From positions 1,344,001 through 1,408,000 of the forward strand of contig CAVZZO010000003.1 of assembly GCA_963779755.1 (NCBI GenBank): DNA of 64,000 nt, in the 5' to 3' direction. Both the position numbers and the translations under genes were made by a program. The stretch comes from an uncultured Gemmatimonadales bacterium. Lineage in GTDB: Bacteria > Gemmatimonadota > Gemmatimonadetes > Gemmatimonadales > GWC2-71-9. The notes under the pieces are model-generated. The model was given only the letters and a program-made list of their open reading frames with translations. It ran no database searches and was not told where the DNA came from. Shown here in pieces: positions 40,992 to 52,080 of the stretch (positions are counted from its first letter, which is position 1; each line of letters starts with the position of its first letter).

Positions 40992-41182
40992 CTGGCAGAC
41001 TGGGGCCCTCGGGGTCCCGGTACCATGACGCCGATCACAGCCCTGGTCATACGCCAGGCGGCGTCTACTCACCCGGAGGACGCCGAGCGCGCAGAGCTAC
41101 GCAGAGAAACACCGCCGTGATGGTGCCATCGGGATTACATTGTTGAGCGACCCCCATCACCCCCTCAGACCGGCCCGACCCC

Positions 41183-43015
41183 ATGCGCCTACGCCGTCTC
41201 CTGCCAGCCCTGTTCGCCGCACTCGCGTTGCCCGCGGCCCTGCCGGCCCAGGCCGTGGTCTATCACGTGCGCTTCCCCAACGCGGTACACCACGAAGCGG
41301 AGATCACCATGACGCTCACCGGCCTCCCGGCCGGCAGGCCGCTGGAGCTCCGCATGAGCCGCTCCTCGCCCGGGCGCTACGCGTTGCACGAGTTCGCCAA
41401 GAACGTCTACCGCGTGAGCGCCCGCGACGGGCAGGGGCGCGCGCTGATGCTCACGCGCCCGGACCCCTACGGCTGGACCGTCCCGCGGGCCGGAGGATCG
41501 GTGACGGTCTCGTACACGCTCTACGGCGACCGGGCCGACGGGACCTACGATGGAATCGATTCGACCCATGCCCACCTCAACATGCCCGCCACCTTCATGT
41601 GGGCCCGGGGGCTGGAGCAGCGGCCGATTCACGTCACCTTCGAGCCGCCGGCCGGGAGCGGGTGGAAACCGGCCACCCAGCTCCTGCCGACCGACCAGCC
41701 GCTCACCTTCCGGGCGCCCGACCTGCAGTATTTCATGGACAGCCCTACCGAGCTCAGCGACTACGCCCTGCGCACCTGGCCCGTCAGCTCCGGCGGGCAT
41801 GACTACCAGATCCGTCTCGCGGTACACAGCCAGGCCACGCCGGAGCAGCTGGATCAGTACGAGGCCATGGCGAAGAAGGTGGTAGCGGCCGAGGAGGCCA
41901 TCTTCGGCGAGTTCCCGCAGTACGAGCCCGGCACCTATACCTTCATCGCCGACTACCTGCCCTGGGTGTACGGCGACGGCATGGAACATCGGAACTCCAC
42001 CATTATTTCCAGCAGCCGGGCCACTCTGGGCGACAATCCGGTCGCGCTGCTGGGCACGCTGGCGCACGAGTACTTCCACTCCTGGAACATGGAGCGGATC
42101 CGGGCCCGGGAAATCGAGCCGTTCGACTTCGAGCGGGCCGACATGTCGCCCACCCTGTGGTTCGGCGAGGGATTCACCAACTACTACGGCAAGCTGGCGC
42201 TGCGCCGGGCCGGCGTGTGGAACGACTCCACCTATGCCCGCAGCGAAGGCCAGGCGCTGAACTACGTGATGATGGCTCCCGGGCGGCAATTCCACTCCCC
42301 CGTCGGCATGAGCCGGCTGGCGCCCTTCGTGGATGCCGCGACGTCCATCGACCCCGTCAATTTCCCCAACACGTACGTCAGCTACTATCCCTGGGGCGAG
42401 GTCATCGCGCTGGGGCTCGACCTCACGCTGCGGCAGCGCTTCGGCAAGCCGCTGGACGGATTCATGCGGCTCATATGGCAGCGCTTCGGCAAGCCGGGCG
42501 TGCCCTACCGACTGAACGACATCCAGCACGCCCTGGCCCGGTACACCGGCGACAGCGCCTTTGCCCGCCGGTTCTTCGACCACTATGTCCGCGGCAGCGA
42601 CATGCAGGACTACGCCGCCTTGCTGGCCCCCGCCGGCCTGCTCCTCCGCCCGCTGAACCCGGACGCGGCCTGGGCCGGCCCGGCGCAGGTGGAGTACGAC
42701 AGCAGTGGCGGGAGGCTCGCGGTGGGCACGATCATCGGATCGCCGCTCTATGACGCGGGGCTCGACCGCGACGACGTGATCCGTACCCTGGACGGACGGC
42801 CGCTCACCTCCGACAGCGTCTGGGACGCCGTCAAGGCGGCCCACCATCCCGGCGACCGGATCGCCGTGACCTACCGCTCCCGCGGCATGGACAAGGAAAC
42901 GACCATCACGCTGGCAGCCGATCCGCGGCTGGAACTGGTGACCTACGAGCAGGCAGGGCGGCCGGTCACCGACGCCATGCGCGCGCTGCGGCAGCAGTGG
43001 CTTGATGGAGAGTAG
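41183..43015 (+). CDS. M61 glycyl aminopeptidase with PDZ domain
   Basis: GMEHRNS, HEYFHSWN, EGFTNYY; C-terminal PDZ (GSPLYDAGL). Confidence 0.92.
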   Translation: MRLRRLLPALFAALALPAALPAQAVVYHVRFPNAVHHEAEITMTLTGLPAGRPLELRMSRSSPGRYALHEFAKNVYRVSARDGQGRALMLTRPDPYGWTVPRAGGSVTVSYTLYGDRADGTYDGIDSTHAHLNMPATFMWARGLEQRPIHVTFEPPAGSGWKPATQLLPTDQPLTFRAPDLQYFMDSPTELSDYALRTWPVSSGGHDYQIRLAVHSQATPEQLDQYEAMAKKVVAAEEAIFGEFPQYEPGTYTFIADYLPWVYGDGMEHRNSTIISSSRATLGDNPVALLGTLAHEYFHSWNMERIRAREIEPFDFERADMSPTLWFGEGFTNYYGKLALRRAGVWNDSTYARSEGQALNYVMMAPGRQFHSPVGMSRLAPFVDAATSIDPVNFPNTYVSYYPWGEVIALGLDLTLRQRFGKPLDGFMRLIWQRFGKPGVPYRLNDIQHALARYTGDSAFARRFFDHYVRGSDMQDYAALLAPAGLLLRPLNPDAAWAGPAQVEYDSSGGRLAVGTIIGSPLYDAGLDRDDVIRTLDGRPLTSDSVWDAVKAAHHPGDRIAVTYRSRGMDKETTITLAADPRLELVTYEQAGRPVTDAMRALRQQWLDGE

Positions 43016-43034
43016 AGAGCCCTCTGAACAATGG

Positions 43035-43300
43035 AACCGCGAAGACGCACGAAGGGTGCAAACGCCGGTTGGCTCAGGTCTCGTAACTGCAACATGGAGA
43101 CACGGAGCTTCGAAGGGCTACGGAGCAACTGCTGGGTTGAATCTCCGGTTCTCCGTGCCTCCGTGTTGCAGTTTCTGTGGATCAACACTTCGGATCTGGC
43201 TACGGAAGACCGACGGCTCGGTTGTGGGACTCTCCCGGCGCTCTGATACTGCGGAAGCGCCAAAGAAGAGGACCTTCGCGCTCTTCGCGGTTTCGCGGTT
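43035..43300. repeat. Nested inverted repeats (REP/MITE-like)
   Basis: Outer AACCGCGAAGA / TCTTCGCGGTT; inner AACTGCAACATGGAGACACGGAG (43085) / CTCCGTGCCTCCGTGTTGCAGTT (43151). Confidence 0.7.
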
Positions 43301-43326
43301 TGAACCTGAGACTTCAGGAGGACTCG

Positions 43327-44850
43327 ATGCGATTGTCACCCGTTCTGCTCGCCATCACCATTCTCGCTCCGCCGGCCGCGGCGCAGCGCCCCGCTCCGCA
43401 GAGCGACAGCGCCGGAGGGAAGGAAGCGCCCCTGCCGGTGCCGAAGGAAGACTCCTCCGTCACCGAGCACACGATAAAGATCGGCGGCGCGGCGATTCCC
43501 TACCGGGCCCGGGCCAGCACCATGCTGCTCAAGAACGACAAGGGCGAGCCGGTCGGCAGCCTCTACTACACCGCCTACACCCGGACCGACGTAAAGGATG
43601 CGGCGGACCGTCCCATCACCTTCGCCTACAACGGCGGCCCCGGGTCTTCCTCGGCCTGGCTGCACATGGGCGCGTTCGGGCCGCGGCGGATCGTGCTGAA
43701 CGACACCAGCGCCACTCCCCCGCCTTATCGGCTGGCGGACAATCCCAATTCGCTGATTGACGTCACCGACCTGGTCTTCATTGACCCGATCGGAACGGGC
43801 TTCAGCAAGCCGGTGGGGAAGGGGAAGGGGAAGGACTTCTGGGGCGTGGATGAAGACGCCCGATCGCTGGCGCAATTCATCCTGAATTACGTGAGCCGGA
43901 ATCACCGCTGGCTGTCCCCCAAGTACCTGCTGGGCGAAAGCTACGGCACCACCCGCTCCGCCGTGCTGGTGAACCGGATGCAGGACCAGGAACACATGGA
44001 CTTCAACGGCGTGGTACTGATCTCGTCGGTGCTGGATTTCGAAACCCTGCGCTTCGCGCAGGGGCATGACATCTCGTACGCCCTCTACCTGCCGAGCTAC
44101 GCGGCGACGGCCGTCTATCACCACCGCATCAGCCAACCCGCCGACCTCGATGCCTTCCTCCGGCAGGTGCGCACCTTCGCCCTGGGCCCCTATCTGACCG
44201 CGCTCACCCGCGCCGCCCCGCTGCCGCCCGACAGCCTGAGCGCGGTGGTGAAACAGCTTGCCGCCTACACCGGCCTGCCGGAGGATTACCTCAGGAAAGC
44301 CAACCTGCGGGTGTCCCTCGGCATGTTCATGCAGGAGCTGACCCGGGGGGACAGCGTCGTTACCGGACGCTACGACTCACGTTATACCGGACCGACCACC
44401 GATCTCCTGGCGGAACGCTCCAGTTATGATCCCAACTACACCGCAGTCGCTGGCCCGTTTACCGCGGCGGTGAACAGTTACCTCCGGGATGAGCTCCAGT
44501 ACCGCACCGACGATCGGTATAACATCCTGGGCGGGGTAGACTGGAACTGGAACCGGGGAGGCCGGGGCGGCTGGAACGGCGCCACCTACGTCGGCTCCGA
44601 CCTGGTAAACGCGATGGTCTCCAATCCTAATCTCCAGGTGGAGATCGAGAACGGGTACTACGACATGGCCACGCCCTTCCTGGCCACCGAGTACACAGTG
44701 GACCATCTGGATCTCCCGGCCCGTCTGCGGAAGAACATCGGCCTCAAGTACTACCCGGCCGGCCACATGATGTACCTGCTGGAGCCCGCGCTGGCGAAGC
44801 TCAAGGCCAACGTGGCGGCGTTTATCCAGAAGACGGACAATGTGAAATGA
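43327..44850 (+). CDS. S10 serine carboxypeptidase
   Basis: NGGPGSSS, IDPIGTGFS, GESYG, GYYDMATP, AGHMMY. Confidence 0.92.
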   Translation: MRLSPVLLAITILAPPAAAQRPAPQSDSAGGKEAPLPVPKEDSSVTEHTIKIGGAAIPYRARASTMLLKNDKGEPVGSLYYTAYTRTDVKDAADRPITFAYNGGPGSSSAWLHMGAFGPRRIVLNDTSATPPPYRLADNPNSLIDVTDLVFIDPIGTGFSKPVGKGKGKDFWGVDEDARSLAQFILNYVSRNHRWLSPKYLLGESYGTTRSAVLVNRMQDQEHMDFNGVVLISSVLDFETLRFAQGHDISYALYLPSYAATAVYHHRISQPADLDAFLRQVRTFALGPYLTALTRAAPLPPDSLSAVVKQLAAYTGLPEDYLRKANLRVSLGMFMQELTRGDSVVTGRYDSRYTGPTTDLLAERSSYDPNYTAVAGPFTAAVNSYLRDELQYRTDDRYNILGGVDWNWNRGGRGGWNGATYVGSDLVNAMVSNPNLQVEIENGYYDMATPFLATEYTVDHLDLPARLRKNIGLKYYPAGHMMYLLEPALAKLKANVAAFIQKTDNVK

Positions 44851-44856
44851 CCGGCG

Positions 44857-44920
44857 GGGCGCAGGGGCGAGGCGCAGGGGCGAGGCATGCCTCGCCCCTG
44901 CGCCCCGCCCCTGCGCCCCT
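44857..44920. repeat. REP-like palindrome GCAGGGGCGAGGCATGCCTCGCCCCTGC
   Basis: Perfect palindrome; a related copy GCAGGGGCGAC-GCATCT-GTCGCCCCTGC lies at 46752-46779. Confidence 0.75.
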
Positions 44921-45012
44921 GTCTTCAACTTTTCCTGCCTCCCACACGTAGTACCACTATCCCCCGCCGGCCCCGGGCCGGCTATCTGCTTGTCCCTTCA
45001 GCACATGGTCCC

Positions 45013-46740
45013 ATGAAAGCATTTGCCCTGTGTGCGGCCGCGGCGCTCCTGCCCGGCCTCCTCGCGGCCCAGTCCATGGCCCCCGCCGATTCGACGCCCA
45101 TGCGGGCTCCCGCGCCCGACCCCACCCTGCCTCTCAAGCACGCGCCCCAGCCCACCGGGGCGGATATCACGGCCGCCGATCTCATGACGCGGCTCTACAT
45201 CTATGCCGACGATTCGCTCCAGGGCCGCGAGGCGGGCACGGTCGGAAACACCAAGGCCACCGATTACATCGCCGCCCAGGTGAAGAAGATCGGCCTCCAG
45301 CCCGCGGGCGAGAACGGCACCTATTTCCAGACGCTGCCCTTCAAGACCCGGACGATCGACTCCGCCTCCAGCCTGACCGCCGGGGGCACGGCGCTGGAGC
45401 TGGGGCGGGAGTGGGCGGCCACCGGAACCGCCTCCGGGGCGGGACAGGACATGCGGGTCATCTACGCCGGCGAGCTGGGCGACAGCAGCTTTCAGCTCGG
45501 CAGCGATCAGGTCCGGAATCACCTGGTGATCTTCGCGCTGCCCCGGAGCGGCCGCGGCAGCCTGCGCCGTCTGGGCGATCTGGCCGACAGCGCCGGCGCG
45601 ATCGCGGTCGTGGTGCCCGACCGCTACATGGCCTTCTTCAGCCGGCCGGGAACCTTCGTGGACGATCCGGATCGTCAGTCCACGGGCCCCTCCGCCATCG
45701 TGATGCTCACCGCCGACGGCGCCGCCCGGCTCCTGGGCCGGCCCATGGACCAGGTGGCGCCCGGCGACAGCGGCGTAACCGCCTCGCTCGACCTGCGGTT
45801 GAACATCCAGCCGGTGGAGTACCCGGCCCGCAATGTGGTGGCCATCCTCCCGGGCAACGATCCGGCGCTCAGGAACCAGTACGTGGCGATCGGCGCCCAT
45901 AACGACCACATCGGCGTCAACGACCAGCCGGTGGACCACGACTCGCTGCGCCTCTACAACCACCTGGTGCGGCCGGGCGGGGCGGAAGACCGGGGGGCCC
46001 GTGCCACCCCCGCGCAGCAGGCCGAGGTGAACCGCGAGCTCGCCGCCTGGCGGGCGAAGCACCCGGCCATGCGCCCCGATTCCATCGACAACGGCGCCGA
46101 CGACGACGGCTCCGGCACGGTCACCGTGCTCGAGATCGCCCAGAAGATGGCGTCGCTCACGGGGAAGAACGCGCCCCGGCGCTCGATCCTCTTCGTCTGG
46201 CATGTGGGCGAGGAGAAGGGCCTGCTCGGCTCGGCCTGGTTCACCGACCACCCGACCGTGCCGCGCGATTCCATCGTGGCGCAGCTCAACATGGACATGG
46301 TCGGCCGGGGCGATACCTGGGACGAAACCGGCAAGACCAAGGACGGCCAGCCGCTCGCCGGCGCCGCCAACTACCTGCAGATCGTCGGCTCGCGCCGGCT
46401 CTCCACCGAGCTGGGCGACCTGATCGAGCGGGTGAACACCGAGGACAAGCACGGCCTGGTGTTCGACTATGCCATGGACGCCAACGGCCATCCCATGAAC
46501 ATCTACTGCCGCAGCGACCACTATGAGTACGCCCGCTACGGCATTCCCATCGCGTTCTTCACTACCGGCGGCCACTCCGACTACCATCAGGTTACCGACG
46601 AGCCCCAGTACATCGACTATCCGCACATGGCGCGGATCGGCAACCTGGTGGAAGACGTCGCCCTGCACATCGCCAACCTGGATCACCGGCTGGTGGTGGA
46701 CCAGCCCAAGCCGGATCCGAATGGAGGGTGCCGGCAGTAG
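45013..46740 (+). CDS. M28 family metallopeptidase
   Basis: GAHNDH, NGADDDGSG, GEEKGLLGS, LNMDMVG, RSDHY, DYHQVTD. Confidence 0.92.
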   Translation: MKAFALCAAAALLPGLLAAQSMAPADSTPMRAPAPDPTLPLKHAPQPTGADITAADLMTRLYIYADDSLQGREAGTVGNTKATDYIAAQVKKIGLQPAGENGTYFQTLPFKTRTIDSASSLTAGGTALELGREWAATGTASGAGQDMRVIYAGELGDSSFQLGSDQVRNHLVIFALPRSGRGSLRRLGDLADSAGAIAVVVPDRYMAFFSRPGTFVDDPDRQSTGPSAIVMLTADGAARLLGRPMDQVAPGDSGVTASLDLRLNIQPVEYPARNVVAILPGNDPALRNQYVAIGAHNDHIGVNDQPVDHDSLRLYNHLVRPGGAEDRGARATPAQQAEVNRELAAWRAKHPAMRPDSIDNGADDDGSGTVTVLEIAQKMASLTGKNAPRRSILFVWHVGEEKGLLGSAWFTDHPTVPRDSIVAQLNMDMVGRGDTWDETGKTKDGQPLAGAANYLQIVGSRRLSTELGDLIERVNTEDKHGLVFDYAMDANGHPMNIYCRSDHYEYARYGIPIAFFTTGGHSDYHQVTDEPQYIDYPHMARIGNLVEDVALHIANLDHRLVVDQPKPDPNGGCRQ

Positions 46741-46848
46741 GACGGCAGGGCGCAGGGGCGACGCATCTGTCGCCCCTGCGCCCTGCTTCCGTCTTTCTTC
46801 CGTCCTTCTCCCGTCTTTCTTCCGTCCTTCTCCCGTCTTCTTCCCGTC

Positions 46849-47526
46849 CTACTTCCGTCCTCCCATCACCCCCCGTCGCTCATCCCATAACCGTCCGCCC
46901 CCCACCAGGGCGTTGACGTTACTGCCGGTCCGTACGTCCTCGGGGATCTTCGTCAGCTTGTCGGTGTTCCCGCCGCCCAGGACGACGTACTCCGCCTGCA
47001 GGCCCTGCCGCAGCAGACCGACGATACGGTGAACATGCTTGGTCCACTTCTTCGCTCCCAGGCGGTGGTACCCGGCCACCCCGGCATAGTCTTCGTAGGT
47101 CCGCCGCTTGCGATAGGGCAGGTGCGCCAGTTCCAGCGGCTGGAGGGTTCCTTCGATCACCAGGGCCGATCCCAGCCCCGTCCCCAGGCCCAGAAAGAGC
47201 ATGCGGCCGCCTTCGTAGCTCCCCAGCGCCTGCATGGCGGCGTCGTTCACCATGCGTATCGGCTTGCCGAAGGCGGCCGCAAAGTCGAACCCCACCCAGC
47301 CCGGCCCCAGGTTGTAGGGGTCCTGGACCGGGCGATTGTCCCTGACCGGGGCGGGATAGCCCATGGCGATCACGTCGTACTCCCAGTCGGCCGCGTGCAG
47401 CACGGCCTCCACCATCCGGTCCGGCGTCATGGCCGGTCCGGAAGGGATCTTGCGCGGGACGCTATCGTCGGGCCGGCCGATCTTCACGTTGTGACCGCCG
47501 ACGTCGATGACGAGGACCTGGTGCAT
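46849..47526 (-). CDS. ppgK: ROK-family / polyphosphate glucokinase
   Basis: IDVGG, NDAAMQALG, LGLGTGLGSA, ELAHL, LGGGN; lies next to zwf and gnd. Confidence 0.75.
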   Translation of the reverse strand: MHQVLVIDVGGHNVKIGRPDDSVPRKIPSGPAMTPDRMVEAVLHAADWEYDVIAMGYPAPVRDNRPVQDPYNLGPGWVGFDFAAAFGKPIRMVNDAAMQALGSYEGGRMLFLGLGTGLGSALVIEGTLQPLELAHLPYRKRRTYEDYAGVAGYHRLGAKKWTKHVHRIVGLLRQGLQAEYVVLGGGNTDKLTKIPEDVRTGSNVNALVGGGRLWDERRGVMGGRK

Positions 47527-47690
47527 GGTCTGCTCGATTCGGATCTGAATTGGGAGTACCCGCCAAGACGCAAGGCAACAAAATATGCGCGATGGGGATT
47601 GATCACATCAACATACCATCCGTGATGTAGACAGCGATTGCCTTTGCGGTCCTTCGCTGCCTTTGCGTCTTCGCGGTTGTTCCGACGGCC

Positions 47691-49088
47691 TCAAGGCAAG
47701 CGATTCCAGCCCCCCACCCCGGCCGGCAGCCGGTCGGCCTGCGGCGGCCCCCAGCTCCCCGGCTCATACTCGTAGGGCGCGCCGTCCTTCCCCAGTGCCG
47801 GGTCCACGATGGCCCAGGCAGCCTCGACCACGTCCTGCCGGGCAAAGAGCGTGGCATCACCGGCCATGGCGTCGCCCAGGAGCCGCTCGTAGGCGGTCAT
47901 CCTTCCCTGCTCTCCCTGCGCCGGCTGCTCCACCACCGACAACTGCACCGGCAGCCCGGCCATCGCTTCGCCGGGACGCTTCGCGCGGGCGCCGATGGCG
48001 ATCGCCACCTGGGGGTTGAGCCGGAAGCGGACCGTATTCCCCATCGAGGGCACCGCTTCGTGGAACACTACCTGCGGCGGGTTCTTGAGCTCGACCATCA
48101 CCTCGGTCACCGTCCGGGCCATCGCCTTCCCGGCCCGCACGAAAAACGGCACCCCGTCCCAGCGCCAGGAATCCACGTGCAGGCAGAGCGCCGCGTAGGT
48201 CGGCACGGTGGACTCCCGGTTGACCCCGGGCTCGTCGCGATACCCGCGGAACTGCCCCAGCACCAGATCAACCGGGTCGAGCGGACGCACGGTGCGCAGG
48301 ACCTTGGCCTGCTCGTCCCGGATGGCCTCGGGATAGAGGCTGGACGGCGCTTCCATGGCCAGATAGCTCACCACCTGCAGCAGGTGGTTCTGGATCACGT
48401 CGCGGATGACGCCGGCCTCCTCGTAGAACCGGCCCCGTCCCTTGACGCCGAAGTCCTCCGCCATGGTAATCTGCACGTTCTCGACGTAATGCCGGTTCCA
48501 GATCGGATCCAGGAACGCGTTCGCGAAGCGGAAATACAGGATGTTCTGCACCGCTTCCTTGCCCAGGAAATGATCGATCCGGAAGATGCTGCGCTCGGGA
48601 AACGCCTGGTGCAAAATGTCGTTCAGCTGCTTCGCCGAGGCCAGATCGCGCCCGAAGGGCTTCTCCACGATGACCCGGGCGTCCTTCGCACACCCGGCCC
48701 GCGACAGCTGTTCCACCACCGTGGCAAACATCGAGGGCGGAATGGCGAGATAGTGCAGCGGCCGGGCCGCCCCCGACTCCTTCAGGATGCCCGCCAGTTG
48801 GGCGAAGGTCCGGGGATCGTTGTAGTCGCCGTCCACGTAGCGCAGGCGCTTCGACAACTCTTCCCAGGCGGCCGGGTCGATCCCGCCGCCGTACTCGGTG
48901 ATGCTCGACTTGGCCCGCTCCTTGAGCTGCTCGAGCGTCCAGCCCGACTTGGCGACCCCGATCACCGGGATATCGAGCCGCCCCCGCCTGGCCAGGGCAT
49001 GCAGCGCGGGGAAAATCTTCTTGTACGCCAGGTCGCCGGTGGCCCCGAAGAACACCAGGGCGTCGGAGCGGGGGTGGTCGCCGGTCAC
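47691..49088 (-). CDS. zwf: Glucose-6-phosphate 1-dehydrogenase
   Basis: [29 protein letters not shown]. Confidence 0.96.
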   Translation of the reverse strand: MTGDHPRSDALVFFGATGDLAYKKIFPALHALARRGRLDIPVIGVAKSGWTLEQLKERAKSSITEYGGGIDPAAWEELSKRLRYVDGDYNDPRTFAQLAGILKESGAARPLHYLAIPPSMFATVVEQLSRAGCAKDARVIVEKPFGRDLASAKQLNDILHQAFPERSIFRIDHFLGKEAVQNILYFRFANAFLDPIWNRHYVENVQITMAEDFGVKGRGRFYEEAGVIRDVIQNHLLQVVSYLAMEAPSSLYPEAIRDEQAKVLRTVRPLDPVDLVLGQFRGYRDEPGVNRESTVPTYAALCLHVDSWRWDGVPFFVRAGKAMARTVTEVMVELKNPPQVVFHEAVPSMGNTVRFRLNPQVAIAIGARAKRPGEAMAGLPVQLSVVEQPAQGEQGRMTAYERLLGDAMAGDATLFARQDVVEAAWAIVDPALGKDGAPYEYEPGSWGPPQADRLPAGVGGWNRLP

Positions 49089-50104
49089 GGCTTCTCCCGA
49101 TGGCCGCCGAACTCGTAGCGCATGGCGGAGAGCACCTTGTTCTGGAAGAGGTCGAGATCGCGCGAGGCGAACCGCTCGAACAGGGCGGAGGCCAGCACGT
49201 GAGCCGGGACTCCGATATCGTTCGCCGCCTGCAGAGTCCAGCGGCCCTCGCCGGAGTCCGAAACACGCCCGCCGAACTGCTCCAGGCCGGGATCGGCGGC
49301 CAGGGCGGCGGCGGTGAGGTCGAGCAGCCAGGAGGCGATGACGCTGCCGCGCCGCCAGACCTCGGCGACATCCCGGAGGTTGAGGTCGAACTGGTAGTAC
49401 TCCGGCGTGCGCAGTGGTGCCGTCTCGGCATCCTCGGCATGCTCGGCATGCTCGGCCAGGCCCGCGCCGGCGTTCTTCAGAATGTTGAATCCTTCGGCGT
49501 AGGCCGCCATGACCCCGTACTCGATCCCGTTGTGCACCATCTTGACGAAGTGGCCGGCGCCGTTAGGCCCGCAGTGGAGATAGCCCTGCTCGGCGGTTCC
49601 GGCGATCTTCTCGCGGCCGGGCGTGCGCGGGATATCCCCCCGTCCCGGCGCCAGGGCGGCGAAGATCGGATCCAGCCGCCGTACCACTTCGGTCTCCCCC
49701 CCGATCATGAGGCAGTACCCCCGATCCAGGCCCCAGACCCCGCCGCTGGTCCCCATGTCCACACAGTGGATCCCGCCGGGCTTCAGCCGTTTTGCCCGCT
49801 CGATGTCGTCGTGGTAATGAGAATTGCCGCCGTCGATGATGGTATCGCCATCTTCCAGATGGGGAATCAGCTCGTCGATGGCGGCATCCACCACCGCGGC
49901 GGGGACCATGAGACAGATGGCGCGGGGGGCCTGCAGCTGGCGCGCGAGTTCCGCCGCCGATGCGGCGCCGGTAGCCCCCTCGGCCACCAGCGCCTCCACC
50001 GCGTCGCGGGAGCGGTCGTACACCACGCAGGTATGTCCACCACGCATAAGGCGCCGCACCATATTGGCGCCCATGCGGCCAAGTCCGATCATGCCGAGTT
50101 GCAT
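49085..50104 (-). CDS. gnd: 6-phosphogluconate dehydrogenase (decarboxylating, short form)
   Basis: [41 protein letters not shown]. Confidence 0.95.
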   Translation of the reverse strand: MQLGMIGLGRMGANMVRRLMRGGHTCVVYDRSRDAVEALVAEGATGAASAAELARQLQAPRAICLMVPAAVVDAAIDELIPHLEDGDTIIDGGNSHYHDDIERAKRLKPGGIHCVDMGTSGGVWGLDRGYCLMIGGETEVVRRLDPIFAALAPGRGDIPRTPGREKIAGTAEQGYLHCGPNGAGHFVKMVHNGIEYGVMAAYAEGFNILKNAGAGLAEHAEHAEDAETAPLRTPEYYQFDLNLRDVAEVWRRGSVIASWLLDLTAAALAADPGLEQFGGRVSDSGEGRWTLQAANDIGVPAHVLASALFERFASRDLDLFQNKVLSAMRYEFGGHREKP

Positions 50105-50167
50105 CGAAGAATGCCTTTGATTCGGGAGTCGTTAGTCGTTGGTCGTCAGTCGTTAGTCGCTGGTCTC

Positions 50168-50240
50168 CTGCCCTCCTGCGACCGAGCGGCCCCCAATAGA
50201 GAGCCGCGAGGAAGTCCTTTAGGGCCGTCCTGCCGTCCTG
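50168..50240 (+). repeat. Family-D 73-bp dispersed element, copy 2
   Basis: Inverse match to 36536-36608; preceded by a GTCGTTA-type heptamer run at 50128-50165. Confidence 0.88.
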
Positions 50241-50301
50241 GTAATACTAGCCCCATTCACCCCTCTGTCTCTATACTGAGTCAGACCCGCTCGGGGAGAC
50301 T

Positions 50302-52080
50302 ATGACCCGCCGCTCCCGTTTCGCGCTCATCCTCGTGCTGCCGCTGCTCCCGGCGCTCCTGCCGGAGGCGGTGCCAGCCCAGACCCCCGGCCAATGGCCC
50401 CTCCCGGCGCACGACTACACCGCCACCCGCTACAGCACTCTGTCGCAGATCAGCACCGCCAACGCCTCGCGGCTCCAACCGGTATGGAATTTTTCCACCG
50501 GCGTGCTGGGCGGCCACGAGGGTTCGCCGCTGGTGGTGAACAACACCATGTATGTGGTGACTCCCTGGCCCGACGTCCTCTATGCGTTCGACCTCACCAA
50601 GGAAGACTATCCGCTCAAGTGGAAGTACCGGCCCGATGTGAACCCCGCCGCACTGGGGGTCGCCTGCTGTGACGCGATCAACCGCGGAGCGGCGTACGCC
50701 GACGGGCGCATCGTATTCAACCTGCTGGACGGTCACACCGTGGCGGTGGACGCGGAGACGGGCCGCGAGCTGTGGAAAACGAAAGTCGCCGAGATCGGCC
50801 AGGGCGAAACGCTGACCATGGCGCCCCTGGTGGTGAAGAACCGGGTCATCGTGGGGCCGTCCGGCGGAGAACTGGGCATCCGGGGCTGGGTGAAAGGCCT
50901 CGACCTGACCAGCGGGAAGGTGGTCTGGACCGCCTACAACGCCGGCCCCGACAGCGAGGTGCTGGCGAAACCCGGCGTGTTCAAGCCCTTCTACCAGCCG
51001 GGAGCGGATCTGGCCCTGAAGAGCTGGACCGATGCCGACTATCGGCACGGCGGTGTGCCGGTCTGGGGCTGGCTCTCCTACGATCCCGAGCTCGACCTGG
51101 TCTATTTCGGCACCGGCAACCCGGGCCCCTACAACCCGGAACAGCGGCCGGGCGACAACAAGTGGTCGGCATCGGTGCTGGCCCGCCGGCCGGAAGACGG
51201 CTCGCTGGTCTGGGCCTACCAGTTCACCCCGCACGACAACTGGGATTATGACGCCAACGCCGAGATGATCCTGGCCGATCTTACCATCGCGGGACGGCAG
51301 CGCAAGACGCTGGTGCACTTCGACAAGAACGGCTTCGCCTACGTGCTGGACCGCGCCACCGGGGAAGTGCTCCAGGCGAAGCCGTACGTGGACGTGACCT
51401 GGGCCAGCGGAGTCGATCTCAAGACCGGCCGGCCGCTGGTGGATTCGGCCAAACTGACCGGCGCTTCCCGGGGCGAAGTGCAGCACATCTGTCCCAGTCT
51501 GGAGGGCGGCACCAGCCCCGCCTCGCCCGCCTCCTACTCCCCCGCCACCGGGCTGTTCTACGTCTCTACGGTGAACCTCTGCATGAGCTGGACGGCCACC
51601 AAGACGGGCTATATCGAGGGGACGCCGTATATCGGAGCCAGCACGCCCTATACCGTGGGTGCCGGGGGCAATATGGGCGCCTTCATCGCCTTCGATGCCG
51701 CGGCGGGCAAGCGGGTCTGGCAGATCAGGGAGAAGTTCCCCGTCTGGAGCGGCAGCGTGGTCACCGCCGGCAACGTGGTCTTCTATGGCACGCTCGATGG
51801 ATGGTTCAAGGCGGCCGACGCGAAGACCGGCAAACTGCTCTGGAAGTTCAAGGTCGGCTCCGGCGTGGTGGGGGCGCCCATCACCTACACCGGCGCCGAC
51901 GGCCGGCAGTATGTGGCGGTCTATGCCGGTATCGGAGGCGACTGGTTCCTGCTGTCCGGTGATATGCGTTCCGACGACCCGGCCGACGTCCGGCCACGGT
52001 CGGACTTCGCCCCCGATCTGGCCCGATACACCAGCCAGGGAGGTATGGTGTGGGTGTTTGGGCTGAGGACTGAGGACTGA
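50302..52080 (+). CDS. PQQ-dependent alcohol/methanol dehydrogenase (XoxF/ExaF-like, lanthanide-type motif)
   Basis: GHEGSPL, ACCDAINRG vicinal Cys, SGGELG, GTGNPGP, PHDNWDYD, Trp docking repeats, signal peptide. Confidence 0.9.
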   Translation: MTRRSRFALILVLPLLPALLPEAVPAQTPGQWPLPAHDYTATRYSTLSQISTANASRLQPVWNFSTGVLGGHEGSPLVVNNTMYVVTPWPDVLYAFDLTKEDYPLKWKYRPDVNPAALGVACCDAINRGAAYADGRIVFNLLDGHTVAVDAETGRELWKTKVAEIGQGETLTMAPLVVKNRVIVGPSGGELGIRGWVKGLDLTSGKVVWTAYNAGPDSEVLAKPGVFKPFYQPGADLALKSWTDADYRHGGVPVWGWLSYDPELDLVYFGTGNPGPYNPEQRPGDNKWSASVLARRPEDGSLVWAYQFTPHDNWDYDANAEMILADLTIAGRQRKTLVHFDKNGFAYVLDRATGEVLQAKPYVDVTWASGVDLKTGRPLVDSAKLTGASRGEVQHICPSLEGGTSPASPASYSPATGLFYVSTVNLCMSWTATKTGYIEGTPYIGASTPYTVGAGGNMGAFIAFDAAAGKRVWQIREKFPVWSGSVVTAGNVVFYGTLDGWFKAADAKTGKLLWKFKVGSGVVGAPITYTGADGRQYVAVYAGIGGDWFLLSGDMRSDDPADVRPRSDFAPDLARYTSQGGMVWVFGLRTED